Source: Octopus bimaculoides
Lineage: Eukaryota
Assembly: GCF_001194135.2 (NCBI RefSeq)
Contig: NC_068982.1
Span: 27,750,270 to 27,814,269 of the forward strand
Length of the DNA stretch: 64,000 bases
Direction: 5' to 3'
A model generated the notes under the pieces. That model had not been told where the DNA came from. It worked only from the letters and a program-made list of their open reading frames with translations, and did not search any database. This document shows, one piece after another, positions 40,101 to 54,400 of this stretch (positions are counted from its first letter, which is position 1; the number at the start of each line of letters is the position of its first letter). A program made the position numbers and the translations under genes.

Positions 40101-43100
40101 AGTGGATTTGGTAGACAGAGCCTGAAAGAAGCCTGTTGTGTATGTATTCCAATATTCTGCAAAAATATGCCTGACTTCAGGGAAATACTACCTTTCTTGG
40201 AAACAGGTGAGGGCATCTGGCTGTAGAAAACCTGCCTCAAACTTTGTTCAATCCATGCAAGTATGGAGAAGTGGATGCTAAAATGATGTTTGTATATACA
40301 CACAAGTTTCCTTTTCATTTGTTTAAAAAAATTTTCTATGCTGGTATGGGTTAGATGGGGACTTATTTCAGGCAAAATTTTATAACCAAATGCTTTTCCT
40401 GTCATTGTGCTACATAAAAAGCATTGATGTTGATTCCACATAAAAAGCACTGGTGCTACATAAAAAACACTGGTGATGGTGCCATGTACAAAGGATCCAG
40501 TACATTCTGTACAGCTGTTGGCATGATAATGATGAACTGCTTTTCAGGTTAGGCATTATATTAGAACCCTTTTCAAGTTAGGCATTATATTAGAACCAGT
40601 CAACAAAGATAAAACAATTGTGGTGAGTTAGTTTTCAACACCCACTAGCAGTTCACTATCTCAACACAACTTTTTTTGCTCCAAGATCAACAACACTACA
40701 TGTTGAAAGGAAGAAAAAAAATTCAAGTATGCCTCATTTTTCAACTACCATTTCATATGGATCACATTTCTTCTAGTGTAGGCTATGGTCAAGCCTGATT
40801 GAACAGAATTATATTGAATGACATTTCATCCATAACCATCATCTTTTTATCTTCAACACAGTACACTCAAAAACATTATCCAATATATCCTTTTATAAAA
40901 TGAAGGGATATCATTTGGAGGATATTTGGCTGTTACTCCTAGTAGATTGAGCAATGACAGAGGCAAAAGGCTTGCTTGCTGCTTTTGAAACTTTTGGAAG
41001 ATATGGTTCCCCCCACTGAAAATCTATTCAAAGACATAGTAGATAAGAAACTAATTTTAGAAACCACACAATATGGTGCATACTTATCAATATTTAAACC
41101 GCATTTATGTGGTAATTTACTATTTTTTAAGAGAATAAATAAATATAAGAAAACTTACCAAGTTCTTCTGCATAATCAGCATCACTAGCATCCAGCAAGT
41201 GTACAAACTTGCGGACAACACTCAAGGGAGGATTATCATCATAAACTAAAAATTTAATTAGAAAAGCAGGAATAAATACAAGGCGTATATTATGCTTTTT
41301 AACATTGGTACAAGATTACAAATCACAGGGAGAGAGATATAATCAAATTTAATTCCCCAGTATCTGACTGGTACTTTAATTACCAGCTTTAGAATTAATA
41401 AAAAAATTTATGACATGTAGGAACAGGCATGGCTGTGTGGTTAAGTAGCTCACTTCACAACCACATGGTTTCAGGTTCAATCCTACTGCATAGCACCTTG
41501 TGCAAATGTATCCTACTTTAGTCACACACCAACCAATGCCTTGCGGGTGAATTTGGTAGATGGAAACTGTGTGGAAGCCCATATATATATATATATGTGT
41601 GTGTGCATCTGCATTTGACTCTCACCACAGCTTGACAGCCAGCATTGGTTTGTTTATGTCTTGTAACTCAGTGATTTGGCAAAGAGACAAAGAAAATAAG
41701 TACCAGATAAAAAAAAATAAGTATTGGAAATTCAGGTCAATTTGTTTGACTAAACCCTTCAAGGCAATGTCTCTGCATAACTACAGTCCAATGACTGAAA
41801 TACATAAAAGGTAAGACATGTAATAAAAAAAAAAAACAAGAATAGAACAATTGAAAAAAAAAATGACTCCGTGATCAAGAGTTCATATCCCACTCAAGAC
41901 AATTGTGCTTCTTAATTCTCAGATCATAAAACTAAAGTTTAATAGATTAATTACTAGAACTCAATCAAAATTAACTGTGAGAGACAACCCAAAGATCATG
42001 CTCAGGTAAGTAGAATTAACACACACAATTATAAATAAGTGCAAAGAAAACAAATTTCTTTGCCAATATGCTGAAAAATAGATGCTAAATCATCTAACCA
42101 CATGAAATATTTTGACTTATATTATTACAAGTGAAAATATTTCATGTAGTTAGACAGTCCAGCATCTATTTTTCAGCATATTGGCAAAGAATTTTTTTTC
42201 TTTTTGCCCTTATTTATAATTGTATTTATAATTTTCACCTTAAAAGGTAATTTTCATATGCTGCCCATTGATAAAATTTTTTAATAAAATTTTATCCTTA
42301 TATTAGATATATATATCTTGGTTCAATATACATATTTAGTATATTTTAAGGAAAATCTCTCTAATTTTTTTGAGACTGTTTTTCTACAATTTCAGTACTG
42401 TATGTCATGGATGTATCTAATATACTTACCAAGAGATTTATAATCATGTCTGGCAAGGGTAGATCGAACAAAGGCTTGGATTTTTACAATGGAATTTTCC
42501 TTGAAAAATTAAAAAGGTAAGTTCAGTTTAATTCATATGTAAATGCAAAAGTGAAAATCAAACCAAAATACAATAGCCTATGTCAAAGAACAAAAACATT
42601 ACAAACAGGTTTCTTCAAAAGACAAAAAAATGAGTTCATTTTAGCCTAACTACAACCAAATGAGTGAAATATTGGCCAAAATACTTACTTTCATGGAATA
42701 TATATAATTAAATGGTAGTTATATATATATACAGATACTATTATGGAATAGAGTATGTTACTATAGAAAATTTTAGATATTAAGTTTCTTTGCTCCAGTA
42801 AGTCATATTTGATGATTAATCATTTAAGAATAATAGTTAAGGTTGCCAGTTTTGGCTGTGTAGTGAAGAAGCACATTTTTTGTCGGGTTTGATCAAAATG
42901 TGTGATGCCTTTGACTAGTTCTTCAACTATAACCTTGTGTCAACCCAAACCTTGTCAGTGAAATTAGGTTAGCAAAAATTGTGAGTTCCTGTCAAAATGT
43001 TTAACAGGGTCTATGAGCAAATATTTTGAAAAGTAAACCGCATGAGACATGGATCATTATCAGATGAGTTGCACTACTAAAAAAATTCAAGGAAATTTTT

Positions 43101-46100
43101 CACTGGCATGTAATTCAAAGTTCAGCAGCCCACAGTTTACTCATGATTGGTCTCTACCATGGTAGTGTTTGAATCAGGCATCACAATCTTCATACACTGC
43201 TGCCTACCGCAAAATCCCATGAGCCATAATTTCTTTATTCCTTTCCCCAACTGATATTGTTGCTCTTGTTTGACTGAGTCATAAAAAGAAATGAAAAAAA
43301 CAGACCCAAATTGAATGCTTTCACATTTAAATTTACATGATATTTATTTTTAATTTTAAATTTCAAAAGAAGTAAAAGAAAAGAAAAAATTTCAGTTTAC
43401 CATGGCTTTGGCCATCATGAGTAAGATAAGCTAAAAAACATGAGACTACTTACATTGTCTTTGAAATATTTTAGTCTCTCTCTGTATCTTTTTCTGGTCA
43501 AGTACATTCTGGTTAATGCTTGTAACTAATTCAACAGAAAAAAAAATCCTTAAACACTTATTCCTTATACAATCCTTAAGCATGATAAAATGCATGTTTA
43601 CATTACTTCCTAAGTTCATTATCAAATACTGTTGTGATCAAAATTAGAAATCTTGATACAATGCAGATAATATTTCTGATAGTTAATACATTTCACAAAT
43701 TAATTTTGGTTCATTTGTCTATGGAAATATAATTTAAGCTTTGTAAACTTACAAGGTTTATAAACCTGGTATATAAGATGAATGCAAAATATTTACCTTA
43801 AGGACAGCAGGACCATTCTGTTTCAAGTACTGTTTTCTGGTTTTATAAAGGTTTCGTTGACGAGAACCTCTCCAGTAAGCCTGAAATAAAGCAAGATATA
43901 CAAAATTAAAGAAAAAAGTTGAGAGAGAGAAAGAAAGATATAGAAAAAAGACAGAGAAGTTAGACAATGGTGCAGGTTTCCACAATACAACTTTAAAGAG
44001 ACAGCAGAAATTAAAGACAGTAAACACTTGTCATTTGGTTACTAACTCCTCTTGACTCTATAGAAATAATAAAGTAATAATAAAGTTCTAGAAAACTAAA
44101 GGCATTTATCATATTGTAAAAATTATTTTGTTATTATCTGAGCCATAATTTGTAAGCTGCTAGTAACAACTACAGTAAATAGCAAAGCCATGCTAGAAAT
44201 GTAATAATTTAAACTCTACTTTCCAATTTAGAAAGAAAAAAGAAAATTTACCTGGATTTTAGTAATTGCTGGTGTTTGAGAGTTGATATAGGTAATGCGG
44301 TCATTAAATGATTTCCTCACCAAGTAACCACGAATTAAAGCTTGGACCAAGATAATGAAACCTTCATTTGCCTTAAACAAGAGCTCTCGGTCATAGTTTT
44401 CTTGAATTTCAGTTAAAACACTCTGGAATCAGAAACAATTTTTTTTTTAAAGTAAAATATATTTTTTTCCCCACTTATTTCAAATAGTCACTTTTTATTG
44501 ATTTATGAAGTTATTTTATTATCTATTTCAGTCATTGGTTTATAGCTAAGCCAGGGGACTGCTCCAAATAAGCCTTGAAAGTTCTAGACGATTAAATTGA
44601 CCCTAGTACTAATTTTTAACATCTGTTATTCTGTTATTCTTTGCCAAACTGTTGAGGGGACATAAACAACCTAAAACACAGTTAAGTAGTCAGAGGCAAA
44701 TACAAACACATCTATATGCATTTACACACAAATGGGCTTCTCCACAGTTTCTATCAACCAAATTTCTCACAAAGCCTTGGTTGACCAGGGTGAAATTAAG
44801 ATCTTAGGTTCAGATCTCTCATCTAAACCAGTCATTTCATGTGTTGGCAGCCCACCTACCACGCCCGAACTAATTCTAAAAGGCATGTGTCTGCTCAATT
44901 CCCCTTTCCTTTCTGTACTAATACAATGACACCACAAAGTCACAGTCTTTTACCATCATTTCGGAAGGGGTTAGGAGTTGGGGTGGGTGATATGATTAGC
45001 AGGCACTCCACTGCCATCACAATTGTAGGCATTTAGACAAAATTAAAAAAAAATAATAAAAAAGCAGGGGCCAATTCATTTGACAAAAAATTCTTCAAGG
45101 TGATGCTCCAGCATGGCTACAATCTAATGACTGAAACAAGTAAAATAATAATTTTAAAATGGGGAGGATTAGATGATTACTATGACCCCAGAACTAGACT
45201 AAGACATTCTTTTATTGACCTCTGAAGGATGAAAGGCAAAGCTGACCTTGGTGGGATTTGAAGAAAGATTGTAAAATGCTAGAGGAAGAAATCCCACAAA
45301 GAATTTTGTTCAATGTTTTAATGTTTCTTCTAATCCTCCAACCTAGTAGTAGTAGTAATAATAATGATAATCTTGGTATAAAAGATGAGCTACAGCAAAT
45401 ATTCTGCTCAATACTTTAGATTTGTTTGTCAGTTGTTTGACATTAACCAGTTGAGCATGTCCCTTGGTGGCTGACGATATGTGCATCTCTGATCATGAGC
45501 AGAAGTAGTTGGGGAGTATCATAGCCATGTGTTGAGAGGAATTCTTTGGGGTTTGAATAATTCACCTCTGGAAACAACCTNNNNNNNNNNNNNNNNNNNN
45601 NNNNNNNNNNNNNNNTTTGTCAGTTGTTTGACATTAACCAGTTGAGCATGTCCCTTGGTGGCTGACGATATGTGCATCTCTGATCATGAGCAGAAGTAGT
45701 TGGGGAGTATCATAGCCATGTGTTGAGAGGAATTCTTTGGGGTTTGAATAATTCACCTCTGGAAACAACCTTTTGCACAACATCCTTAAACAAATCTTAT
45801 TCATGGACCTTTTGAGCAGGATGGGCTACTCGACCTGAAGAAAATTTTAGCTGGGCCCCGCCTGCGAGGTCATGCACTGTTTATTTTGATAGGAGATCAC
45901 CATGTTATGCACATATGGTTGTGGGGCATGTACCTGGTGTACCCTTATCAGATGGGTATACTGGGCATTGTATATTTGTACCCCAGTGTCACTTTGATGG
46001 CATGCACTGCTCTCTCATTCAATAATAATCTTTTTTACTAAAATTTTGGGAGAGGGGCCCAAATATCATCAGCCTCAGGACTTAACTGATACTTATTTTA

Positions 46101-49100
46101 TTGACCCCAAAAGGGATGAAAGGCAAAGTTGATCTCGGCAGAATTTGAACTCAGAACATAAAGACAGATGAAATGCTGCTAAGCATTTTGCCTGGCATGC
46201 TAATGTTCTGCCAGCTTGCTACCTTAATAATAATAAGTTTCTGATTTAGGAACAAGACCAGCGATTTTTGTGGGAGGGTGTTAGGTGATAACATTGATCC
46301 CAGTATTTGACTAGTACTTTATTTGTAATGGGCTCGGTGGTATTTAGTAAACCCCTTAACCTTAAAATAACTTATTTTTTTGCCAGAATCAGAAACCATT
46401 ATTATTCTTCTTATTTATTACTAGCTTAAAAGCCGCACTCCATGCAGACTTTTATACTAGCTCCTACTGAGGGCTAATTGGGCTTGCGGCTGAAAACTAA
46501 AGAGCTAAATGACATGACTATAATACATCTATAATGACTATATGCCCCGGTGGTGTTTGATCAGAAGTTAAAGATGGATGAGAATTACTTCTGCAATGCA
46601 ATCATTCTGTTGTATTCCAACTGTTGACCAATTTGTCCCAAAGCTCTGATCTTGACGTAAAATTAATGAAGCGAATATCATTTATCTCCCCCTTGATCTC
46701 TGACATCATCTGATAAACGTCAACCAAGATGGTGTGAATCAGTCAAGCTTTACCTGCAAGAAATAGCAACCCAAAAGCTTTTAAATCAGATCCCAATGCT
46801 GTATGTTCAAGAACCAAATGAAGGGTAGATTTTCAATGCCAGGATCATCCTGATTCCAAAAAGGTATAATACGTTTATGTTGAGCAAATGGAGACTGAGA
46901 TACAGGGGTCCCAGACGGACAGACAGAATTTTGCTTTTATTATTATAAATGAAGCAGTCCCTTGGTTTGCATAATAATAATAATGGTTTCAAATTCTGAC
47001 ATAAGGCCAGAGCAATTTTTAGGAGATGGGATAGTGAGGGGTTCAATGTAACTGACCTAACAAATGCAATACAGGTGATAAAAATGCTAGTACTCTTTAA
47101 AATATAGGATTTTACAAATAATTAGCAAATATTTCTGATAATCAATATCAACATACAATAAAAAATGGTTCAACTGGGAACAGTGGAAGGAATAAAGAGA
47201 GAGGGAAGAGAAAGAAAGAGTGGAATGGGAAATGAGAGAAAGGGGTAGGAAAAGGGAAAGAAAAGGTGGTCAAGGGTGAAGGAGCTATACAGCTGGGATG
47301 GGGGGGAGAGAGGGGCTCGATAGGGGTGGAAAGTTTTAAGAAAAGAGTGTATATGTAAAGTAGAGATGGAGCTAGAAATTACAAATATGAAATTTATTGT
47401 AGGAAATGCAAGAGCAGTCGACCGGCAGAATTGTTTGAGTGTTGGAAAAGATACTTTGTGGTATTTTTTTCTGACTCTTTACACACTGAGTTCAAGTCCA
47501 ACAAAGGTCAACTTTGCCTTTCACCTCTTCTGGGTTGATAAAATAAAGTACCAGTCAAGTACTGGGGTTGGTGTAATCACCTAATATCCTTCGCCCAAAA
47601 TTGTTGGCCTTGTGCCAAAGTTGAATTTGTTACAGGAAAGACTGATCAAAGGAATATATATATTTCTCTGAATTAAAGCAGTATAATAGCAGATATTTAA
47701 ATCTGATTAGTTTGGATATAGAAGGCTGTTAAATGTTTACCAAAATTGCACAAACTCTGTTAGGTGTTAGGAGGGGAAACCAGCTGTAAAAAAGCTTGAC
47801 AAAACAGACAGTGAAGCCTAGTGCAGTCTTCTGCCTAGCTAGCCCCTGTTAAACCGTCCAACCCATGCAGCAAAGAAAATGGATGTTAAATGATGATGAT
47901 GAAGAGGAGGAGGAATGTAAACTATAAACAGAAATACCAACAATCTAATGAATTGTCTAATTATGCACAATGAAATGGGTTGGTCTACATTAAAATAGAC
48001 ATGAAAAAATAAGTATAAAAATCAGAACAAAACTCATAAATACCTGGATTTCCTCTTTTGTCAGAATAGAATAATCTTTTATGATTGAGTCATTCCGAAC
48101 CCAAGTGTAATCTCCAGTAATTACATTGTAAAAAAACTTAAAGCCTTCGGGTGATCTGTTCATCATCCATCCAGTTCCAGTCTCACCTAGTATTGTGAAC
48201 AAAAAAAGGTAATATGGTTGACTTAGCAATTATTAGCATTAGAGGACAAATATAAAGTAAAACAACATCTTCTACACACTGATAATTTCATATCATTTTA
48301 CAAGTTACTCAAATTTTTACTGAAGGACACATCTCACAGCAGGAAACACATAGCAAAGAAGTTGTGCTTTGTATCTGCAAAATATTCTACAACAAGGATT
48401 TCTAACACAGTAATACATTTTTTGGTGGTCATAGTTGATTAAACTGAACCCTTGTACTGGAAAGGTTATTATTTTATCAACCATGGAAGAACAAGTCAAA
48501 GTAATAAAAATTTGAACCAAAACGGCCAAGGGACATAACTAGTGAAGAGCTGCCATTATTTTTTACATAAAGTGCTTCATTTACAGTTGAAATTTTAACA
48601 GCTTTGCTGAATTGCTAAAATTTTAATGACTGATTCACTAAACAGCCAAAATCTAAACAACTGGGTTGATAAGATGTTAAATTTCAAGAAATGGTTCATT
48701 GCACTGCCAAAATTTCAACAAGTGGTTTTCTGAGTTGCTGATGTTTTAAATGGTTCACTGAAATTTTAGCCACAAAATCAACAGTAAGACATCTGTTTAT
48801 TAGAGGACTTTAATAATACCAAATTAAATAAAATGAGGTGAAAATCTGAAAACTCTATGACAGAATACAGAAGTACAATATATAATGACCCAAATCATCA
48901 TTAAAAATATTACCCAGTGTTTCCTTTTCACTGCGAAGAGCTCTCAGCTTTTCCATATAGATATTCCCACAAGAAGTACGTAAATTTTGCAATTGAACAG
49001 GTTGACATTGCAAAGACTGAAGCAGAACATCTGACGAATCTTGATTTAAGTTGGCATTTATATCTTTGATACCCAAAGACACTGAAAATAGAAAAAAAAA

Positions 49101-51454
49101 AAGTTAGCAAACAATAATTTTTTTAAGAAAATTATTCAAATTACACTGTTCAAGGAACTATTACCTCTGTTGGCAATGAAGGGATGTTCGCTTTGAGAGA
49201 AGGGCAGACTGCAAAGTATTTTTTTTTGTATGAAGTGCATTGTTGCATGGTAGTGAAATATGGATGCTGAACATGGAGGATATGGAAAGGTTAGTAAAAG
49301 AAATTTGGCAAACATGTTCCATTAGATGTGCAAAGTTAGTAGTGCATAAACCATCTGAGAGAAAAACTAGGGGTAAGAGGAATCCAATGTAGTGTCAAAA
49401 AGAGATGTCTAAGCTGGTACAGACATGTGATGCATAAAAAAGATGACAGTAGGATAAAGATGTACCAAGTGATGTCAGTGGAAGGAATCTCAGAAAAAGG
49501 AAACACAGAAAGAAATGGTGAAAACTGAGAGGTCAGGAGATTAAAACCCCATGAAGGAGATGAGAAAGAACTGCATCAAGTGGTGAGGCATGTTGCTGGA
49601 GAAGTCTTATTTAAATGATGAGTATGATTATAAGCATGCATACACTCACACGCACATACATACACATATTCTGTAGTGTCAGAATGACCAATACCTTGTT
49701 AGTGTAATTGGGAGAGAGAGATGTAGCTGCAGGGAGGAAGGGTTGCATAATGATATGTTTAACACAGGGTTTAAAACAGCAGGTATATAGAGAGAGTCTA
49801 AGGTAATTTAGGTGGAAGTGTAAAGGATATAGAATGAAACAAAATAAATATACTTTCAACAGCTTTCTCTTCATCTTCATTTGCTTCAAAGATAGTTTCC
49901 TGAATTTCCTCCAGCCACAGTAGTGTGTCTTCATCTTGAGATTGCTGAAATGTGTACAGAGAACATATGAATTTGTACAGCCCAATCACATATCTGTACA
50001 TGTTTACACATGAGCATTATAACAAGATAAATCATGAACATAATAATCATTTATACTATAAGTAGAAAAATGTAACAATTTATTAAAGTGTAGCATTTAA
50101 TTTTTAGCAAACAAAAGAAAAATATGTTGATATTTACCAATGCTTTCTTATTCTTTTTATTAATAAGCATAACCATATACTGGTGAGCAAGCCGATCCCT
50201 GACATTTTGAAGTTGAGCTGCTGGAAGCTGCAAAGCAGCTAATACAGCTTGTTCATCACCATTAGAAATAGCATCATTGATTGTCCCTATAGCACAAACT
50301 CCTGAAATGACAAAAACAAAAACATTAGATACACATGGAAATATGAAACCAAATTTATCTATTAAACATACACAACAAACATATGGAACAAATCTTGCAA
50401 CTCTAAACATCACAGAATAAATCAGTTATCTCATTTTCATCTCACTCCAGATTTCTGGTTCCCATTCTCTTTTGGTACCCACTCCACACTCCATTTTAAT
50501 TCTTTCATTATTATAGTTCAAGCAACAACCCCTTCCACCCAATGGCTTGAAACAACTCTTCAGTCAACATTGCAACTGAATTCGCTGAACCTAGGAAGTA
50601 GTTCAGCTGCTGATATAGACCATCTCCCACCAGTTCCCTTAGATTCTCAATTTACTCAATAATTTCTTCTAACATTTAATTTTCTGTGTATGCAAAAATT
50701 TTGACAGTACACTCCCTCTCAATCAATTAGGATCTTAACAATAATCTCTGATGAAATTTAAGCAAGCGACTGTGGTGTGTGTAAAAAGTATTTATTTTGG
50801 AGTAAAAACATATAATCCTCCAAGAACATCACCTAAATGGAAAGAGCTCACAAAATCCACAACTCTCTCAGATTACTCATATCCTAATCATTAATAAAAA
50901 TAAAATATAAACAGTAGATTTGGATTGAGAGCCAAAACAGTAAAGTTTGAGAAATCATTGTTAAAAGTTTAAAAATTTCCTATAATAAAGAGCTGTTCTT
51001 AATCTTTTAGCACTCAGATTACTGTCAAATGTAATGAATATTTATTCACATTGTCTTGAATTAACCAAGCATTATGTTATAGTTTCAAGATTTTGATGTG
51101 ATTTTTATTTTTAGAATGACATTGTAGGATAGGTGTGATAAGCCAGATGTAGCTGGTTTGAACATAGAACAGAATACCAGGGCCAGATAGGACTGTTTTA
51201 AATGCTAAAGGGTTAAATCAATACCACATTCATATAAAACAGTTTATTTGTTCATCAAAAATTCTCAAAATCTCTGAATTTTATTTCCATAATCCAATGA
51301 ATCATCGATCTCTACTTATCTCTAATTCTCACACATGCCATCATGGAAGGCAGATGTTAAACGATGACACACACACACACACAAAATGCAGGCGAACAAA
51401 TGAAAGTGGTACTCAACACATATAGCTAGAATAATAAGTATTCAATAACAGACT

Positions 51455-51496
<42 letters not shown>

Positions 51497-54400
51497 NNNN
51501 NNNNNNCCTACGCTCTTCCACAGAAAGGAACACAGAAACAAACCAGGAGAAAAAAAAATATAAATAATGCTTAACTACATTTGTTTACGGTCTTATATAA
51601 CAAAAAAAGAAAAAATCCCTGCTTACTCTGTTTTAACATAGCTTTTCATCACTATCATCACTTTGCATCTATTTTTTCCATGCTGGAAGGGCTGGTTGAT
51701 ATTTTTTTGCATTGTTTTTATGGTTGGATACCCTTCCTATTGCCAACCCCTTTACAGTATGGGTTATCTGCATTTTATTGTGTTACCAGCTGTAGAGAGA
51801 TCATTTGTAACTGGTGTAAATGGCCCCCACCCCTTTACTCTGAATCACTTTTTATGGAATCCATGTCTCCTCTGTATGAGCCCAAATGGGCAGAGCCATT
51901 TTGTATACTGACTTTGTTCAGTCTCCAGCATTTTAGATGGGTCACCTTCCACTATGGTTGAAAATACATGTCTCCTGTACAGGAAGTAGGTTTAGTTTTG
52001 TAAACTTTAATATGAAATTGGCTGAACAATACCCCAATAGTTCATTCTCTTTATCATGCTCATGTGCGGGCGACACATGAAATCTTCCGAGCGGGATCTT
52101 GTGCGGGTGGCACATAAAAAACACCATTTCGAGCGTGGCCGTTTTCGTGCGGGTGACACGTAAAAGCACCCACTACACTCTCTGAGTGGTTGGCGTTAGG
52201 AAGGGCATCCAGCTGTAGAAACTCTGCCAAATTAGATTGGAGCCTGGTGTTGCCATCCGGTTTCACCAGTCCTCAGTCAAATCGTCCAACCCATGCTAGC
52301 ATGGAAGGCAGACGTTAAACGATGATGATGATGATGATGATGGTCAGTGATGTGTGTGTGTGTGTGTAACACACATACACACATATTCCATTCTAAATAC
52401 CTTCCAAACTTATTTCTAACAACATTACCAACACTTTGGAAAATCAAGATTTTCATATTCCTGTAAATAAAACTAACTGAAAAGTTTGCTTTATTTTCAT
52501 GAAAGAAAATAAAAACCTATAAAGCAAGTATGATGATAATCACAAAAACAGTTGACACACAAGATATATATTGAACTTCCACTTACGTTCATGCTCCTGT
52601 TGAACTTGTTGATGAACTTTTTCTACTGCCATTACAATTTCATGGTGTGTTAGCTGCTCACAAGGTAACTATAATAAATATTCGAAAACATTTTTGAAAA
52701 CCCAAAGTTGAGCTTATAGTACAGGAAGGGTTTATTCTCAATGTTAGGTGTAACTAGAAATGAAAATGGACCATAATAAGTGAAGAGATGCTGTGATGGA
52801 GAGGTCCTGTCAAACTCCTACAAACATGCCTCAATGCAATAGGCAGCAAACATGGTAAAAATGTCACATTTAGAAAAATTAAAATCTCTAAATGTCTAAT
52901 CCAGCAAATTAATAAATAAAATTGTTTACATCCAAAGGTTAATAAGTTTACTTAGATAGGAATATAACTCATTTAGTTACAATAAAGTAATGATATGTAA
53001 ATAAGATATTCAAACAATGTAGAACTAAGATGGTAAAATAACATAAAAATCCTTAGAATATTTATACTCTGAAGATTTATGATAATCAAAATTTTATACA
53101 ATATTTTTCAGCACAAATCTAAATTTAGTAAGATAATGAAGTGTTGACCAGAAGTACCAATTATCTGGCAATAATCGTTTTAAGCTGACTAAAAGATGTG
53201 TAGGAAAAGGGCACCCAAATTAACTGATACAACACCTATGAGTATGGGAGTAATGATAAACAGTTATAGACATCCTCAATCAGAGGTGACTTGGATGTTG
53301 AACATCAACAATTGCAATCAACATTATATGTTATCTTACAGAAACACAAGCAAACTCACCTCAATTTTCTTCTGTTTTTCCTTTACTAGACAGTTTTGAT
53401 ACTTCTCACTGAGTTCAAAATCAAGTGTAGGAATATGTGCATTTGGATCACTTAGGGCAGTGAATGTTGCATGAGAATTTCTTCTGTCAATAGCACTATT
53501 TATTGCAGCAATTGCAGAAAGAACTAAAATAAGGAAAAAAAAAAGCCAAAATAAAGCATCTTCAATTAAATTTAACTAGGGTTAAATTGCAGTTTAAATT
53601 TAATCAATTACTAAATATATTGAAATGATTTCATAGAGATAAGCATTTCATCATCAATCAACCGATCAAGAAGGAAGACTGGTTCCTACTTTTTCAGTAC
53701 TAAGAAAGCCTTTCAATTAACAACTTCACCCCTACTATCATTATTGGTCCTTTAGGGGGGGGGGGGAAAATCATCCTGAAGCTTAGCTTAATAAAGTGTC
53801 AATGAATGAGTTTTAATGATTGGTTTATGAGTGAATTTGTACAGCTTCATTTATTGATAAAATAGGTTTAGTCAGCATTTAAGTTAAAAATCTGACTGGA
53901 CTTCTACAATTGTCATTTTTAAATTAACAATTTAGCATTAACTCATAGATTCAAGATCTCAATGGTGTGGTTGTTTGTTTTTAGAATGACATTGCCGGGA
54001 ATGTGTGAGAGGCTGGATCTGGTCAGTTTGACCATAAAACAGGTAGAATATTTGGGTTATATATGACTGGTTTAAATGCTAAAGAGCTAATACCTTTCTA
54101 TTTTCTTTTGTAAGATATCAACTATTTGTAATATAACAAAGTTGTACAATAAAAACTCCAGAGTAGCACTGAAATATCAGAATTATTCTGTGATGTAACT
54201 CTACAGCTGATATTTCAAAACTCATTAATTGCAACTTTCAACATACTCTCTCTTTTACTCTTTTACTTGTTTCAGTCATTTCACTGCGGCCATGCTGGAG
54301 CACCGCCTTTAGTCGAGCAAATTGACCCCAGGACTTATTCTTTGTAAGCCTAGTACTTATTCTATCGGTCTCTTTTGCTGAACTGCTAAGTTATGGGGAT

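Noticed and set aside
40541-40597. 29-bp tandem duplication
   Set aside because: Ordinary slippage duplication with no functional hint.
43401-43430. 30-nt in-frame segment LILLMMAKAM between AG and GTAAAC
   Set aside because: Only 23 nt from the exon 13 donor (too short to splice) and no independent branch or pyrimidine region.
49845-49853. Donor gtatattt as a possible U12 intron
   Set aside because: Does not match GTATCCTT; all 32 introns look like ordinary GT-AG.
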